This document shows, in pieces, positions 51,416 to 61,296 of a stretch of 64,000 nucleotides of DNA. A program made the position numbers and the translations under genes. The notes under the pieces are model-generated. The model saw only the letters and a program-made list of their open reading frames with translations. It was not told where the DNA came from and searched no databases. Origin of the DNA: Myxococcales bacterium (GTDB lineage Bacteria; Myxococcota_A; Polyangia; Polyangiales; DASUME01); contig JASGJH010000001.1 of assembly GCA_047601445.1 (NCBI GenBank), positions 3,552,001-3,616,000 on the forward strand, given 5' to 3'. Numbering within the stretch: the first letter of the stretch is position 1; each line of letters starts with the position of its first letter.

Positions 51416-52357
51416 TCACGGTCGGGGCGTGGCGGATGCGGCGAGACGGATTGCCGCCACCACTTGTTCGGGCTGTTCGAACTGGAGGTAGTGACCGCTG
51501 TTCGCCACCAAGCTCAGCCGCGAGCCCGCCACCTGCCGCTGCAGGCGCTGGGCGCCCTCCCGGCGAAATGGATTTTCCTTCTGGGCCACGATGACCAGGG
51601 GCTGCTCGATCTTCCCGTAATGCGAGCTCATCTCGGGGAGCCACTCGGTCGCGCCCGTTGTCTCCACGGCGAGCGCGTGGGCAACCTTCGGGGACGACCA
51701 GATGCGCACACGGAGATCCACGAACTCCTGCGACGGCGGGTGCCCAACGAACTGGCGCTCGATGCCCTTGCGAAACATACGAGGTCCGAGGCTCCCCACC
51801 AAAGCGCGCGCGAGTCCCAGTCCCAGCCAAGGCGCGCTCAAAGCACGCATAACCATCGTGGGGGGACGCGACGGATGGTAAAGCGCCGCGTCCACCACCA
51901 CGTAGGCGTCCACGCTCGGATGTTTGCGCAAGGCGCTGGCCAAGGCAGTGCCTCCGCCGAACGAGTGGCCCACCACGATGACGTGCTGGAGGCCGAGCTG
52001 CTCGATCAGGCGGTGCGCGATCTGCGCATTGTAGTCGTAGGAGTATTCTCCCCCATCGCCGCTGAACCCGTGGCCCGGCCGATCGTAAGCGGTCACGCGA
52101 AAGTTGCGGGCGAGCGCGTCCATCAGAGGCCTGAACTCCTCCAGCGAGCCCGGGCAGCCGTGAATCAAGAGCACGTCGCGTCCCTGCCCCTCCGAGAGGA
52201 CCCGGATCGGCAGATCGCCGAGCATCACGTGGTGGCCCGAGAAACCTGCCGGGATCTCGGTGTTGGGTCGATAGCTCGCTCCGGCCACCAACAGCCCCAG
52301 CAGCAGGGCACCGACGGCCAGAACCACGCGCAACGCGGCGATCTTCGGGCGCGACAT
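51416..52357 (-). CDS. Alpha/beta hydrolase with N-terminal membrane anchor
   Basis: LIHG, YDRPGHGFS, GHSFGG and SGHY. Confidence 0.9.
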   Translation of the reverse strand: MSRPKIAALRVVLAVGALLLGLLVAGASYRPNTEIPAGFSGHHVMLGDLPIRVLSEGQGRDVLLIHGCPGSLEEFRPLMDALARNFRVTAYDRPGHGFSGDGGEYSYDYNAQIAHRLIEQLGLQHVIVVGHSFGGGTALASALRKHPSVDAYVVVDAALYHPSRPPTMVMRALSAPWLGLGLARALVGSLGPRMFRKGIERQFVGHPPSQEFVDLRVRIWSSPKVAHALAVETTGATEWLPEMSSHYGKIEQPLVIVAQKENPFRREGAQRLQRQVAGSRLSLVANSGHYLQFEQPEQVVAAIRLAASATPRP

Positions 52358-52464
52358 GACACAACGCTACGCCGTCGGCCCACGCTGTCCAGGCCGTTCG
52401 GCTCCACGCGGATGAAAGCTTGGTCTTGCCAGCCCCAGGGCGTTCCTCTATCAAATGCAGCTCG

Positions 52465-53073
52465 ATGGAAAGCACGGAAAACGAAGTGACGGCCGTCACA
52501 GAAAGCACCGAGAGCCAGCTCGAGCTAGGCGTTGCGCCGCAGGAGCTGGAAACTGCCCAGACACAACTCGATCCACGCGCGGAGCGCCGCCGCATCGAGG
52601 AGCAGCTGAATGCCCTCAAGCGCAGGGAGGCCGAGCTGCGGCGCGCCCTGGCGATCGCGGACCATCCCGAGCTCGCGGAGGCGGTGCGGGTACTGGAGGG
52701 CGCCTGCTACGCGGTGACACGCGTGGAGGCCAAGATGGCCCAGGGCCTCTCCAAGAGCGAAGAGAAGCGCCGCGAGACGGTGGAGAAGAAGCTCGCGCAG
52801 GCCGAGGAGAAGCGCCTCGAGCTCGATGCACAGATCGCCGAGTTCAAGGCCGAGCTTCACGCGCTGGGCGAAGAGCGCACGCAGACCTTCGAAGCGGAGC
52901 GGCGCGAAAGCCTGGTCGCGCTGATCGCGAGCCTCACGGCCCACTCGGGCGCCTTCGAGAGCGCGGGACTCGAACCCGGAGCACTCATCCCGGACATTGC
53001 TCGCTTGATGCCCGAGGTGCGCTCGCTGGCCGAGTCGCTCGTGCAGGCCCGCGACGCAGCCCGCAGCAACTAG
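52465..53073 (+). CDS. Hypothetical coiled-coil protein
   Basis: Glu/Ala/Lys/Arg-rich heptads and coding-like codon usage. Confidence 0.7.
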   Translation: MESTENEVTAVTESTESQLELGVAPQELETAQTQLDPRAERRRIEEQLNALKRREAELRRALAIADHPELAEAVRVLEGACYAVTRVEAKMAQGLSKSEEKRRETVEKKLAQAEEKRLELDAQIAEFKAELHALGEERTQTFEAERRESLVALIASLTAHSGAFESAGLEPGALIPDIARLMPEVRSLAESLVQARDAARSN

Positions 53074-53241
53074 CCGTAGCTGGTCACGGCGCGCTACTGC
53101 GGTGGCCGCGCCAGCCGTTCGGCCGCCGATCCCTCGGGCAGAGGTCCCGTCCAGAGGGGCAACAAACGCTCGAAGAATCGGACATGCTCGTTGTCCGATC
53201 CTACGCACGTGCGGCGCCCGATTCTGCCTCCCCTCCCCGGC

Positions 53242-53961
53242 TCAGCCGGGCGCCGGCAGCGCGAGTCGAACGCGGCCTCCGAAGCGCCGCGCGAGCGCCT
53301 CCGCGAGACGTTCTTGCGCATCCCTCGCGATCACTTCGCCGTGCGCCATCACCAACACGCGCGTGGGCAGGGCCACGATGCGCTCCACGCTCTGCCGCGC
53401 GAGCTCGCGATCCTTCACCAGCGAGCCCCAGGCGCGGCTCGCCGCGAGGCGCCCGTGGCAGCCCATGGCGAACAACACGATGTGCGCCATGAGGCCCCGT
53501 GGTCGCTCGATATTGAAGACGAGGTCGGTGACCACCAGTGTGCTGCTCTGGCGATGGAAGAATACGAACTCATCCATGCGCGGCGCGCCCTCCAAGCGGA
53601 TCACGTCCACCGCGGCCGCGAGCTCGGGCAGCTCGCGGTCGAGCGTGTGATCGATGCGCAGGTCGGTGCGCTTGGATGCGAGGCCAGGCGGCGCCACCAC
53701 GCGCGCACGCGGATAACGCGACATGGCGTCCGCCAAATACAAATGATGCATCAGGTTCGGAGCGATCAACAGCTCCACCTCCCCCAGCGCGGCGATGGCA
53801 CGCGCCATTCCATCGTCGATCGGAATGGGCGACACCAGGGCGAGCTTGCCGGCGGAGAGCGGCAGCACCGTCATGCGGGCCGGAAAGTGGAAGCCACCTG
53901 GCAGCTTCTGCGCGAAGTCGAACACCACGGGTTCTGGTGAGGGTTCTCGAATTTCGGACAT
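53242..53961 (-). CDS. DUF4336 family protein (metallo-beta-lactamase-like fold)
   Basis: RMTV..L..G.L...SP, IAPNLMHHLY, EFVFFH..S.TLVVTDL.FN and MAHG. Confidence 0.85.
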   Translation of the reverse strand: MSEIREPSPEPVVFDFAQKLPGGFHFPARMTVLPLSAGKLALVSPIPIDDGMARAIAALGEVELLIAPNLMHHLYLADAMSRYPRARVVAPPGLASKRTDLRIDHTLDRELPELAAAVDVIRLEGAPRMDEFVFFHRQSSTLVVTDLVFNIERPRGLMAHIVLFAMGCHGRLAASRAWGSLVKDRELARQSVERIVALPTRVLVMAHGEVIARDAQERLAEALARRFGGRVRLALPAPG

Positions 53962-53987
53962 GGCTAAGCTCCCTGCAATCGCATATA

Positions 53988-54026
53988 GTCAACCACGCTT
54001 GACCATTATCGTCAAGCCGACTTGAC
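53988..54026. promoter_or_regulatory. Tandem palindromic operators GTCAA-N6-TTGAC (probable MarR sites)
   Basis: GTCAAccacgcTTGAC at 53988-54003 and GTCAAgccgacTTGAC at 54011-54026, in the 67-bp gap between the divergent DUF4336 and MarR genes. Confidence 0.75.
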
Positions 54027-54028
54027 CA

Positions 54029-54562
54029 ATGCCGAAGAAGTCCCGCAAGTCCTCAGAAAGACCTGCCGCCGCCAAACGAACGGGTGTCGTCGATGCCGAC
54101 GCCAGCTATCGCGCCAAGCTCGAGAGTGAGAAACGCCAGAGCTCCATCCAGGTACTCTTCAAGGTGGCGCGCCTGCTAGATGAAGAAGCGCTACGGCGCG
54201 TCGCCCGCCGCACGGGCCAACCCCAGCTGCGCCGCTCCCACACCAGCCTGCTGCCCCACATCGACCTCGAAGGAACGCGCATCACGGATCTGGCCGATCG
54301 CCTCGGCATCACCAAGCAAGCGGTGTCTCAGCTGGTCGACGATCTCGAGGCGCTCGACGTGCTCGCGCGTGTGCCCGACCCGGAGGACGCTCGCGCCAAG
54401 CGCGTGGTCTTTACCGCCAAAGGGCGCACCGGCCTACTGGAAGGCTTGGCCGTGCTGCGGGCGCTCGAAGGCGAGCTCGAAGCACGCGTGGGTAAAGCCG
54501 CCATGGCCGCGCTCCGGAACACCCTTCTTGCGATTCATGATGATCTTTGTCGCGACGCATGA
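54029..54562 (+). CDS. MarR family transcriptional regulator
   Basis: wHTH: RITDLADRLGITKQAVSQLVDDLE...RVPDPEDARAKRVVFTAKG. Confidence 0.92.
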   Translation: MPKKSRKSSERPAAAKRTGVVDADASYRAKLESEKRQSSIQVLFKVARLLDEEALRRVARRTGQPQLRRSHTSLLPHIDLEGTRITDLADRLGITKQAVSQLVDDLEALDVLARVPDPEDARAKRVVFTAKGRTGLLEGLAVLRALEGELEARVGKAAMAALRNTLLAIHDDLCRDA

Positions 54563-54564
54563 GG

Positions 54565-54810
54565 ACGAGCGGCGAGCCGCCGACAGCAAGCCTCCAGCGG
54601 CCAGCAGCTAGCAGCCATCGGCCAGCAGCTAGCAGCCATCCGCAAATCCGCGAGCGGGCATCCGCGATTGGCCAGCCCGCAGGCGGCGAACGGCCGGCAG
54701 GCGTCCCGCAGCCCGCAGACAGCTGTTGGCTGACTGCCGACCGCGGACTTGCCGTTCGCCGATAGCGGATGGCCGATCGCCGATGGCCAATGGCCGCCGC
54801 TCGCCGCTGT
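54565..54810. repeat. Degenerate head-to-head heptamer array, same family as 11465-12175
   Basis: Exact 21-bp duplication at 54599-54640; GCCATC-type left arm and GATGGC-type right arm; shares AATCCGCGAGCGG and TGGCCGATCGCCGA with the first array. Confidence 0.75.
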
Positions 54811-54812
54811 CT

Positions 54813-57140
54813 CTACTTTTCCTGCTTCTTACCGGTATCACCGGCCAGCGACTTGGCAGCGGACTTCTCCCCGCCAGTCATGTCGGAGAGCAGATTGAGC
54901 GCCTCTTCCACGTAGGGATCGTGGGCGAGCGTCTCCTTCCACTTGTCCACGCGACCGGCGCCTCCCTTGCGGGCGGGCGGCGGCGTGACGGGCTCGTCGG
55001 GACGGTAGTTCACGATCTTCACCAGGAAGCGCTCGGGCCCGTCTTCGAGCTTGGGGTCGAGCTTGTCGAGCGCCTCTTCGTCACGCTTGCGCTGGGCCTG
55101 CCAGGCCTCGCGCTTGAGCGGCACCAGCGTCTCCTTGCGACGCTCGAGCAGATAGGCGCCGCGCTCGCGCACCTTGGCGAACGCGGGCTGCGCGTCCTGG
55201 CGCTGCTTGCTCTTGGCGTCGAGGGACTTGGTGTCCCAGTCGTGCGGCCACGGCGTGGCGGGCAGCGGCGGCACCTGGCTCCACGGGATCGCGTTCTCCA
55301 GGTAGCGCTCGCCCGACTCCACGTGCGAGGCCGGGTCCGGCAGCGCCACGTCCGGCTGCACGCCGCGCCACTGCGTCGATTCGCCGTCCACCAGGAAGAA
55401 CTGCTGGATGGTGAGCTTGGCGACCCCGAGCGGATCGCCGCTGCCGCGTCGATCTTCCATGCGGTCCAGGTCCACCATCGCCTGCACGGTGCCCTTGCCG
55501 TGTGTCTCGGTGCCCACGATCAGCGCGCGCCCGTAGTCCTGCAGCGCACCCGCCAAGATCTCGGAGGCCGAGGCGCTGAAGCGATCGACCAGCACCACCA
55601 CGTTGCCCTTGTAGGCCTCGCCTGCCTCGCTATCGCCCAGCACCTGCAACTTGCCTTCGGCGCCCTTGGCGGCCACCACCGGCCCGCGGTCGATCAAGAG
55701 GCCGGTGATGTCGTTGGCGTGGTTCAAGAGACCGCCGCCATTGCCCCGCAGATCGATCACCACGCCGGACACGTTCTGCGCCGCGAAGCGCTCGAGCAGA
55801 GCTCGCACATCGCTGGTAGCGTCGCGCTCCGGCGTACCACCCTTGGTGGTGCGCGTGTTGCCGTAGAAGCTCGGCAGGTAGATGTAGCCGAACTGCGTGC
55901 GCTTCGGCCCGAGCTCCAGGATCGCGCCGCGTGCGTAGGCGTCTTCCACCACCACCAAGTCACGCTTGATGGAGATGATCTCGATGCGCTCGTCGGGCTT
56001 CTTCACGGTGAGCGTCACCACGGTGCCCTTGGGGCCGCGGATCATCCGCACCACCTCGTTGATGCGCATGTCGGCCACGTCGACCGGCTCGCCCTTGGCT
56101 TGCTTGACCGCCAGGATCAGGTCGCCCGCCTCGAGGTGCCCCTCACGCCAGGCTGCGCCGCCCGGCACCACCTCGCGCACCGAGATGTAGTGCGCGTCCT
56201 CCGTGAGCACGGCGCCGATGCCCTCGAGGGAACCGCTGATCTGGATGTCGAAGTTCTCCTGCTGCTCGGGAGCCAGATACAGCGTGTGCGGGTCGTACAC
56301 GCCCGCGATGGCGTTCACGAAGGTCTCGGCCGCCTCCAGCGGCTCCACCTTGGAGAGCCGCAAGAAGCGCCCCTCGTAGTCCTTGGCCAGGTCCTCGCGG
56401 GCCTTCGTCTCGCGCCCCTCGAAGGTGGGCGGCGGTGGCTCGAGCGTGACCTTGGGCGTCTCCTCGTCGGCCGCCGCCTTGTCCTTGCCGTCCTTGGCTT
56501 CCTTGCTGGCCTTGTCGCCCTCGGCTTTGAGCTTCTCGGCAGCCTTGGCCGTCTCTTCCATGCGCTCGATGCGCTCCAGGACCTGCTGCTTGAGGCTCTT
56601 GCGCCAGCGATCGCGCCGCTCCTCCTCGTTGGCCGGGAAGGACAGCTTCTTGGGATCGGTCTCGAGGCTCTCGTCGACGCTGAAGTCGAAGGGCGTCTTG
56701 AGGATCTCGGCCACCATGCTGGCCACGTGCTTCTGGTCTTCGGCCATCACCGCCGCGCCCGTGTGAGCCAGCGCCAGGTCACCTGCGTGCATCTGGTCGT
56801 CGATGCGGGTCGCGTCGCGCTCGAGCACCTCGACCTCTCCCTTGAGCAGGAAGAGCTTGCCCGGGTCGAGAGCATCCAGGTACTTGGCGAAGGCCTTGCG
56901 AGAGATCTCGTCGTCGAGCACGTGGGGTCGCACGTGCTCCCGCTCGAGCAGTTCGCTCACCGAGGCCGCGATGCGTTTCTCGCGTGGATTTGCGGGCTGC
57001 GCCTTGGGCAGCCTGAGCTCCTCGCGGATGGCTTGTTCGGCGATGGGCGCAGAGGCCGGCGCAGAAGTCCCCTTGGGGGTCGGCGCCCGGCCGCAAGCGA
57101 CGCTGAAGATGAGTGCGAGCAGGAATGCGTGACGCAGCAT
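54813..57140 (-). CDS. prc: Carboxy-terminal processing protease (tail-specific protease, S41A), lipoprotein
   Basis: Lipobox SVAC; LDPGK.F, YDPHT.Y, SLEGIGA (PDZ), DLRGNGGG, SASASEI (catalytic Ser) and GKGTVQ (catalytic Lys). Confidence 0.95.
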   Translation of the reverse strand: MLRHAFLLALIFSVACGRAPTPKGTSAPASAPIAEQAIREELRLPKAQPANPREKRIAASVSELLEREHVRPHVLDDEISRKAFAKYLDALDPGKLFLLKGEVEVLERDATRIDDQMHAGDLALAHTGAAVMAEDQKHVASMVAEILKTPFDFSVDESLETDPKKLSFPANEEERRDRWRKSLKQQVLERIERMEETAKAAEKLKAEGDKASKEAKDGKDKAAADEETPKVTLEPPPPTFEGRETKAREDLAKDYEGRFLRLSKVEPLEAAETFVNAIAGVYDPHTLYLAPEQQENFDIQISGSLEGIGAVLTEDAHYISVREVVPGGAAWREGHLEAGDLILAVKQAKGEPVDVADMRINEVVRMIRGPKGTVVTLTVKKPDERIEIISIKRDLVVVEDAYARGAILELGPKRTQFGYIYLPSFYGNTRTTKGGTPERDATSDVRALLERFAAQNVSGVVIDLRGNGGGLLNHANDITGLLIDRGPVVAAKGAEGKLQVLGDSEAGEAYKGNVVVLVDRFSASASEILAGALQDYGRALIVGTETHGKGTVQAMVDLDRMEDRRGSGDPLGVAKLTIQQFFLVDGESTQWRGVQPDVALPDPASHVESGERYLENAIPWSQVPPLPATPWPHDWDTKSLDAKSKQRQDAQPAFAKVRERGAYLLERRKETLVPLKREAWQAQRKRDEEALDKLDPKLEDGPERFLVKIVNYRPDEPVTPPPARKGGAGRVDKWKETLAHDPYVEEALNLLSDMTGGEKSAAKSLAGDTGKKQEK

Positions 57141-57325
57141 GAGCTAGCCAGGATAGCGCGCCCCGGGAAAGTACGGAACCCCACCCAAAGCGCCTCACGC
57201 ATTGACGCGTACAGACCATGGGACAGCCATGAGTGCGCTGAAATGACACCCCGGTGGCCCGCCCGGTCAAACACGTGACCCCGGGCGCCACTGCGCGGGC
57301 GCCCGGCTTTCCGTACAAGTGCGGG

Positions 57326-58483
57326 ATGATTTTTCCCGGTTCCCCCCGCAGAAGCCCTATCCAAATCCTGCTTTTGGGCCTCCTGCTAGGCCTGTGTCTC
57401 ACGGGTTGCCAGCGCATGGGCATGGCCAACATCAAGCCGGCCAAGCTCGAGGAAAAGTACGGCGGCCCAACGTCGCAGTACATGACGGTCGACGGCACCC
57501 GCATCCACTATCGCATCGACGGCAACCCCGACGGCCCGGGGGTCCTGCTCCTGCACGGTGTCTTGGCTTCGACCCATACCTGGGACGGCTGGGTCGAGAA
57601 CATCGGGGGCAAGTACCACATCATCCGGTTGGACCTGCCGGGCTTCGGTCTGAGCGAGCCCCTCAAGAACAAGAATTATACGCCCGAGTACGCCATCGAG
57701 TTCTTCGAGATGGCCCGCAAGCAGCTCCAGGTCGAGCACCCCGAGCTCGCAGCGAAGACCGAGAAGTTCCACCTGGTGGGCAACTCCCTGGGCGGCTTCA
57801 TCTCCTGGTTCTACGCGACCAAGTACCCGGAACGGATCAACAAGCTGATCCTGATCGATCCCATCGCGTACCAGCAGCCCCTGCCGCGCATCATCAAGTT
57901 CGCCTCGGGCGGCTTCGGCGGCTTGATGGCCCAGATCTCGTCACCGCGCTTCATCGTGAAGCGCAACGTGCGTAAGGTGTACGGCCACCCCGAGACGCCG
58001 AGCGACGAGACCATCCTGCGCTACCACGAGCTCCTGCTCTACAAGGGCCACAAGACGGCGATGGTCGAGTACTTCAAGACGCTGCGGAAGTACAACGAAG
58101 AGGACTCGATGGCGAAGTTCGTGCCGCAGATCAAGGTGCCCACCTTGTTGATGTTCGGCGGCAAGGATCGCTGGGTTCCGCCGGAGCTGATCGACAAGTG
58201 GAAGCGCGACGTGGACGGCCTGCAGGTCAAGGTCTACGCCGAGGGCGGCCACATCCCGATGGAGGAGTTCCCGCTCGAGACGTCCCGTGACGCCGACGAG
58301 TTCATGGGCGGCGGCGCGAGCGAAGCCGTGGCGAGCTCGGGCGACGAAGAGCCCGCACCGGCCCAGGAAGAAGCGGCTCCCGAAGCCGAAGAGCCTGCCG
58401 CCAAGCCCGCACCCAAGGCGAGCAAGAAGAAGCCCGCCAAGACCGCGCAGGGCAACATGGCCGACTGGGGCGACACTCAGTAG
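57326..58483 (+). CDS. Alpha/beta hydrolase lipoprotein with Ala/Glu/Pro/Lys-rich tail
   Basis: Lipobox LTGC; LLHG, DLPGFGLS, GNSLGG, GGKDRW and GHIPMEE. Confidence 0.92.
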   Translation: MIFPGSPRRSPIQILLLGLLLGLCLTGCQRMGMANIKPAKLEEKYGGPTSQYMTVDGTRIHYRIDGNPDGPGVLLLHGVLASTHTWDGWVENIGGKYHIIRLDLPGFGLSEPLKNKNYTPEYAIEFFEMARKQLQVEHPELAAKTEKFHLVGNSLGGFISWFYATKYPERINKLILIDPIAYQQPLPRIIKFASGGFGGLMAQISSPRFIVKRNVRKVYGHPETPSDETILRYHELLLYKGHKTAMVEYFKTLRKYNEEDSMAKFVPQIKVPTLLMFGGKDRWVPPELIDKWKRDVDGLQVKVYAEGGHIPMEEFPLETSRDADEFMGGGASEAVASSGDEEPAPAQEEAAPEAEEPAAKPAPKASKKKPAKTAQGNMADWGDTQ

Positions 58484-58505
58484 TAAACACCGCGGCTCAC
58501 GTTCT

Positions 58506-58524
58506 GCGCCCCCTTCTGGGGCGC
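58506..58524. terminator. GC hairpin between convergent genes
   Basis: GCGCCCC-cttct-GGGGCGC, 22 bp after the hydrolase stop; no clear U-tract. Confidence 0.35.
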
Positions 58525-58532
58525 CACGTGAA

Positions 58533-58931
58533 TCACGCCTCGAGCTGCTTGTCGCTCGTAGGAGCCGGCGGCGGCAAGCTGCCCAGCTTCCGCGCGACCG
58601 CCGTGGCCACCCGGATGCCCAGGCTTTCGACCACGGCGCTCGGCGAGCGCACGAAGTTGTCGTGGGCAGCCAACACCTCGGGCGACGGCGGCTCGGCGCC
58701 GGGGATCAAGGAAGGTCGCCTGGGCTCTTCGTCCGTGTCTAGCGGCCGCGAGCTGGCCGGACCCGGCGCGGGCTCTTGGCTGGCTCCGGCGGCGAGGCTC
58801 GGCGCAGAGGCCGGCTCGGCTTTCGCGGAAGGGCTCGGAGCCGGGCTGGCTGCCACGGGCTCTGGGGCCTGAACAACCGCAGCCGACTTCGGCTCCTCAC
58901 GACGCCGACCCTTCGAGGACTTTTTTCCCAC
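58533..58931 (-). CDS. Hypothetical low-complexity protein
   Basis: Basic N-terminus and Ala/Pro/Ser-rich body; fills the gap downstream of the histidine kinase. The true start may be ATG at 58938 if the T6 run (58921-58926) has one extra base. Confidence 0.5.
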   Translation of the reverse strand: MGKKSSKGRRREEPKSAAVVQAPEPVAASPAPSPSAKAEPASAPSLAAGASQEPAPGPASSRPLDTDEEPRRPSLIPGAEPPSPEVLAAHDNFVRSPSAVVESLGIRVATAVARKLGSLPPPAPTSDKQLEA

Positions 58932-59063
58932 GTCCCATGCCTCCCGCTAGACGGCCGGCAGAATACGCCTGCTTTCCGGCGCGTGAACCGAAACCATACC
59001 TCAGCCTGCAACTGTGCACGGAGGCTGAAACGAACTGTGGCGATCGCCACAGTTCGACCGGCC

Positions 59064-60476
59064 TCATGGCTGGACCTTGCCTGACCACATGGGCAGCCCA
59101 ATCCGCAGATGGGCCCCCGTGGCCGCGGGCAGGAACTCGGCGCTGCCACCGTGGGCCTGGGCCACGGCCGCGATCAGCGCCAGGCCCATGCCGTGTCCCG
59201 GGGTGCCCGCGAGGCGCGCGCTCGGGGCGCGGAAGAACGGGGCGAAAACCAGCTTGCGGTCGACCTCGCCCAGCCCGCTCCCCCCGTCTTGCACGTCGAT
59301 CACGGCCTCGCCTTCTCGGCGGCGGATGCCCACATGCACACGGCCCGCGGAGAACTTGATCGCATTCTCCAGCGCGTTGCCCAGCATCGCCCGCAGGAGC
59401 GTGGTGTCTCCGCGCACGATCACATCGTCTTCCTGGGCAACCTCCAGGCGCGCGCGGGCTTCCGCGCTGAACCCCTCCCGCACCAGAGCCAGCACATCGC
59501 TCAAGTCCACCAGCTCGGCCTCGCTCAGCCGCAGTCCATCCGCGGTCCGCGCCAGCGCCAGCAGGCGCTCCACCAGGCCACTCAACTCCCCCACCTGTCC
59601 GCGCACGCGCGCGAGGCCCTTCGCATCGCTCGTCGCTTCGGTGTGCTCCGCCAGGAGCTCGAGCTCGCCCGCGATGGTGGTCAGGGGTGTCCTCAGCTCG
59701 TGGGCGGCCTCCGCTGCGAAGGCGCGCGCCTGCTCTAGGGCACCGGCCAAGCGCTCCACTAGCTGCGCGATGGCCTGGCGCAGTTCGTCGACCTCGCCCG
59801 GTGAGGGCTTCTCCAAACGCAGCCCGTGCGCCGCGTCCGCGCTGCTCACGCGGTCCACGTGCACGGCGCGCACGCGGTCGCGCAGCTCGTGGAGTGGTGC
59901 GAGCACCCACTGGGCAACTCTGCGGCTCAGCAGCCAACCGAGCAGCGCGCCCACCACCGCGCCGAACAGCACCGCGCGGCCGAATAGTCCGAGCTGCTCG
60001 AGCTCGCGCTCCTCGCTGGCGGCCAGCGTCAAGAGCCCCTGATCGAAGGACACCGAGCATGCGCGTAGCGGCTGCGCTGCGAGCAAGCTGCGCACGCACT
60101 CGCCGGCGGGAGGTCGCGCGAGCAGCCCATCGCCCGCCAAGACGCGCCCCTGCTGAGACAGCACCGCGCGCGCACCGAGCAGCTTCACGTCGCCGAGCTC
60201 GTGGGTCAGTACGGCCTGCAGGGTGCGGCCCGCGGGACCGTAGTCGCGCGCTTGCTCCTCGGGGTCGTCTTCCTCGAACTCCTCACGCATCTCGGAGGCC
60301 AATTCGCGGGCGGCGTCGAGCAAGTGCTCGTTCTGGTGGGCCTGGAGCAAGCCGCGCGCCGTGATGCCCGAGGCCAGCGCGGCCACGGCGCCTCCGAGCG
60401 AGGCCGCCAACGCGCTCGCCAGCGCCACGCGGGCGGTGAGCGAGAAGCCGCGCTTCGCCGGTGGGCTAGCGGCCAT
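59064..60476 (-). CDS. Sensor histidine kinase (2 TM, HAMP, HisKA, HATPase)
   Basis: AAHELRTPLT, NALENAIKF, DGGSG, PFFR and GHGMGLA; overlaps the response-regulator stop. Confidence 0.93.
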   Translation of the reverse strand: MAASPPAKRGFSLTARVALASALAASLGGAVAALASGITARGLLQAHQNEHLLDAARELASEMREEFEEDDPEEQARDYGPAGRTLQAVLTHELGDVKLLGARAVLSQQGRVLAGDGLLARPPAGECVRSLLAAQPLRACSVSFDQGLLTLAASEERELEQLGLFGRAVLFGAVVGALLGWLLSRRVAQWVLAPLHELRDRVRAVHVDRVSSADAAHGLRLEKPSPGEVDELRQAIAQLVERLAGALEQARAFAAEAAHELRTPLTTIAGELELLAEHTEATSDAKGLARVRGQVGELSGLVERLLALARTADGLRLSEAELVDLSDVLALVREGFSAEARARLEVAQEDDVIVRGDTTLLRAMLGNALENAIKFSAGRVHVGIRRREGEAVIDVQDGGSGLGEVDRKLVFAPFFRAPSARLAGTPGHGMGLALIAAVAQAHGGSAEFLPAATGAHLRIGLPMWSGKVQP

Positions 60477-61128
60477 GCTCGAGCGCATATCCTTCGCCGC
60501 GCACCGTACGCACCACGTCGGGGCCGAGCTTGCGCCGGATGCGGGCCATCAATACGTCGAGGCTCTGGTTGGCGTTGTCGGAGATCTCGCCCCACAGGCA
60601 GTCGAGGATCTCGGAGCGCGACACCAAGCGGCCCGCGCGCATCGCGAGCAGCTCCACGATGGCCCACTCACGCGCCGTGAGCGGAATCTCGCTGCCCGCG
60701 CGCAGCGCCTTGCGCGCGCCCAGGTCGAGCGAGAGGTCTTCGAAGTTCAGGCAGGGTTTCCGCTCGATGGGCCCACGCCGCCCGAGTGCACGCACCCGCG
60801 CGCGCAGCTCGGCCACCGCGAAGGGCTTCGGCAAGAAGTCGTCCGCCCCTGCGTCGAGCCCTGCGACACGCTGCGGAACCTCGCCGTGGGCCGTGAGCAA
60901 CAGGATGGGAAAGCGTTGACCTGCCTCGCGCAGCGAGCGACACAGCTCGATGCCCGTCCCGTCCGGCAGCGCCACGTCGAGGATCATCACGTCGGGCGAG
61001 CGCTCGCGAATGCCGGCGCGCGCCGCTTCGACGCTGGTCGCCGAGCGCACCACGTGGCCCTCGCGGGCCAGAGCACGGCTCACCAAATCGAGCACTTCCG
61101 GATGATCGTCGACCACCAACAGTTGCAT
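60466..61128 (-). CDS. OmpR/PhoB family response regulator
   Basis: LLVVDD, LDVALPDGTG, GADDFLPKPF, LTAREW and IRRKLG...TVRGEGY. Confidence 0.95.
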   Translation of the reverse strand: MQLLVVDDHPEVLDLVSRALAREGHVVRSATSVEAARAGIRERSPDVMILDVALPDGTGIELCRSLREAGQRFPILLLTAHGEVPQRVAGLDAGADDFLPKPFAVAELRARVRALGRRGPIERKPCLNFEDLSLDLGARKALRAGSEIPLTAREWAIVELLAMRAGRLVSRSEILDCLWGEISDNANQSLDVLMARIRRKLGPDVVRTVRGEGYALEHGR

Positions 61129-61296
61129 GGTTCGAAGTCGATTCAGCGCGTTCGCGCGGGCCCTGCGAATCCGCCATCCAGGCGCGGTTAAGCTGCGCGC
61201 AGCGCCGTGTTTTTCGGCGCAAGCGGGCTTCCCTGCCGAGCTGGCGACGGTTTCGGCGTGAGGCGCGGTGCTTATGTCTAGCTGCGGGGGGTCTCC

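Noticed and set aside
53075..53240. Possible ncRNA between the coiled-coil and DUF4336 genes
   Set aside because: Only one 8-bp stem (53177-53199) is evident, adequately explained as a terminator-like hairpin between convergent genes.
54726..57278. Long antisense ORFs (850 aa here; also 20700-22829, 31964-33499, 42241-43680, 49649-51391, 4922-6412)
   Set aside because: Shadow frames opposite well-supported genes, expected from high-GC codon bias; no protein motifs.
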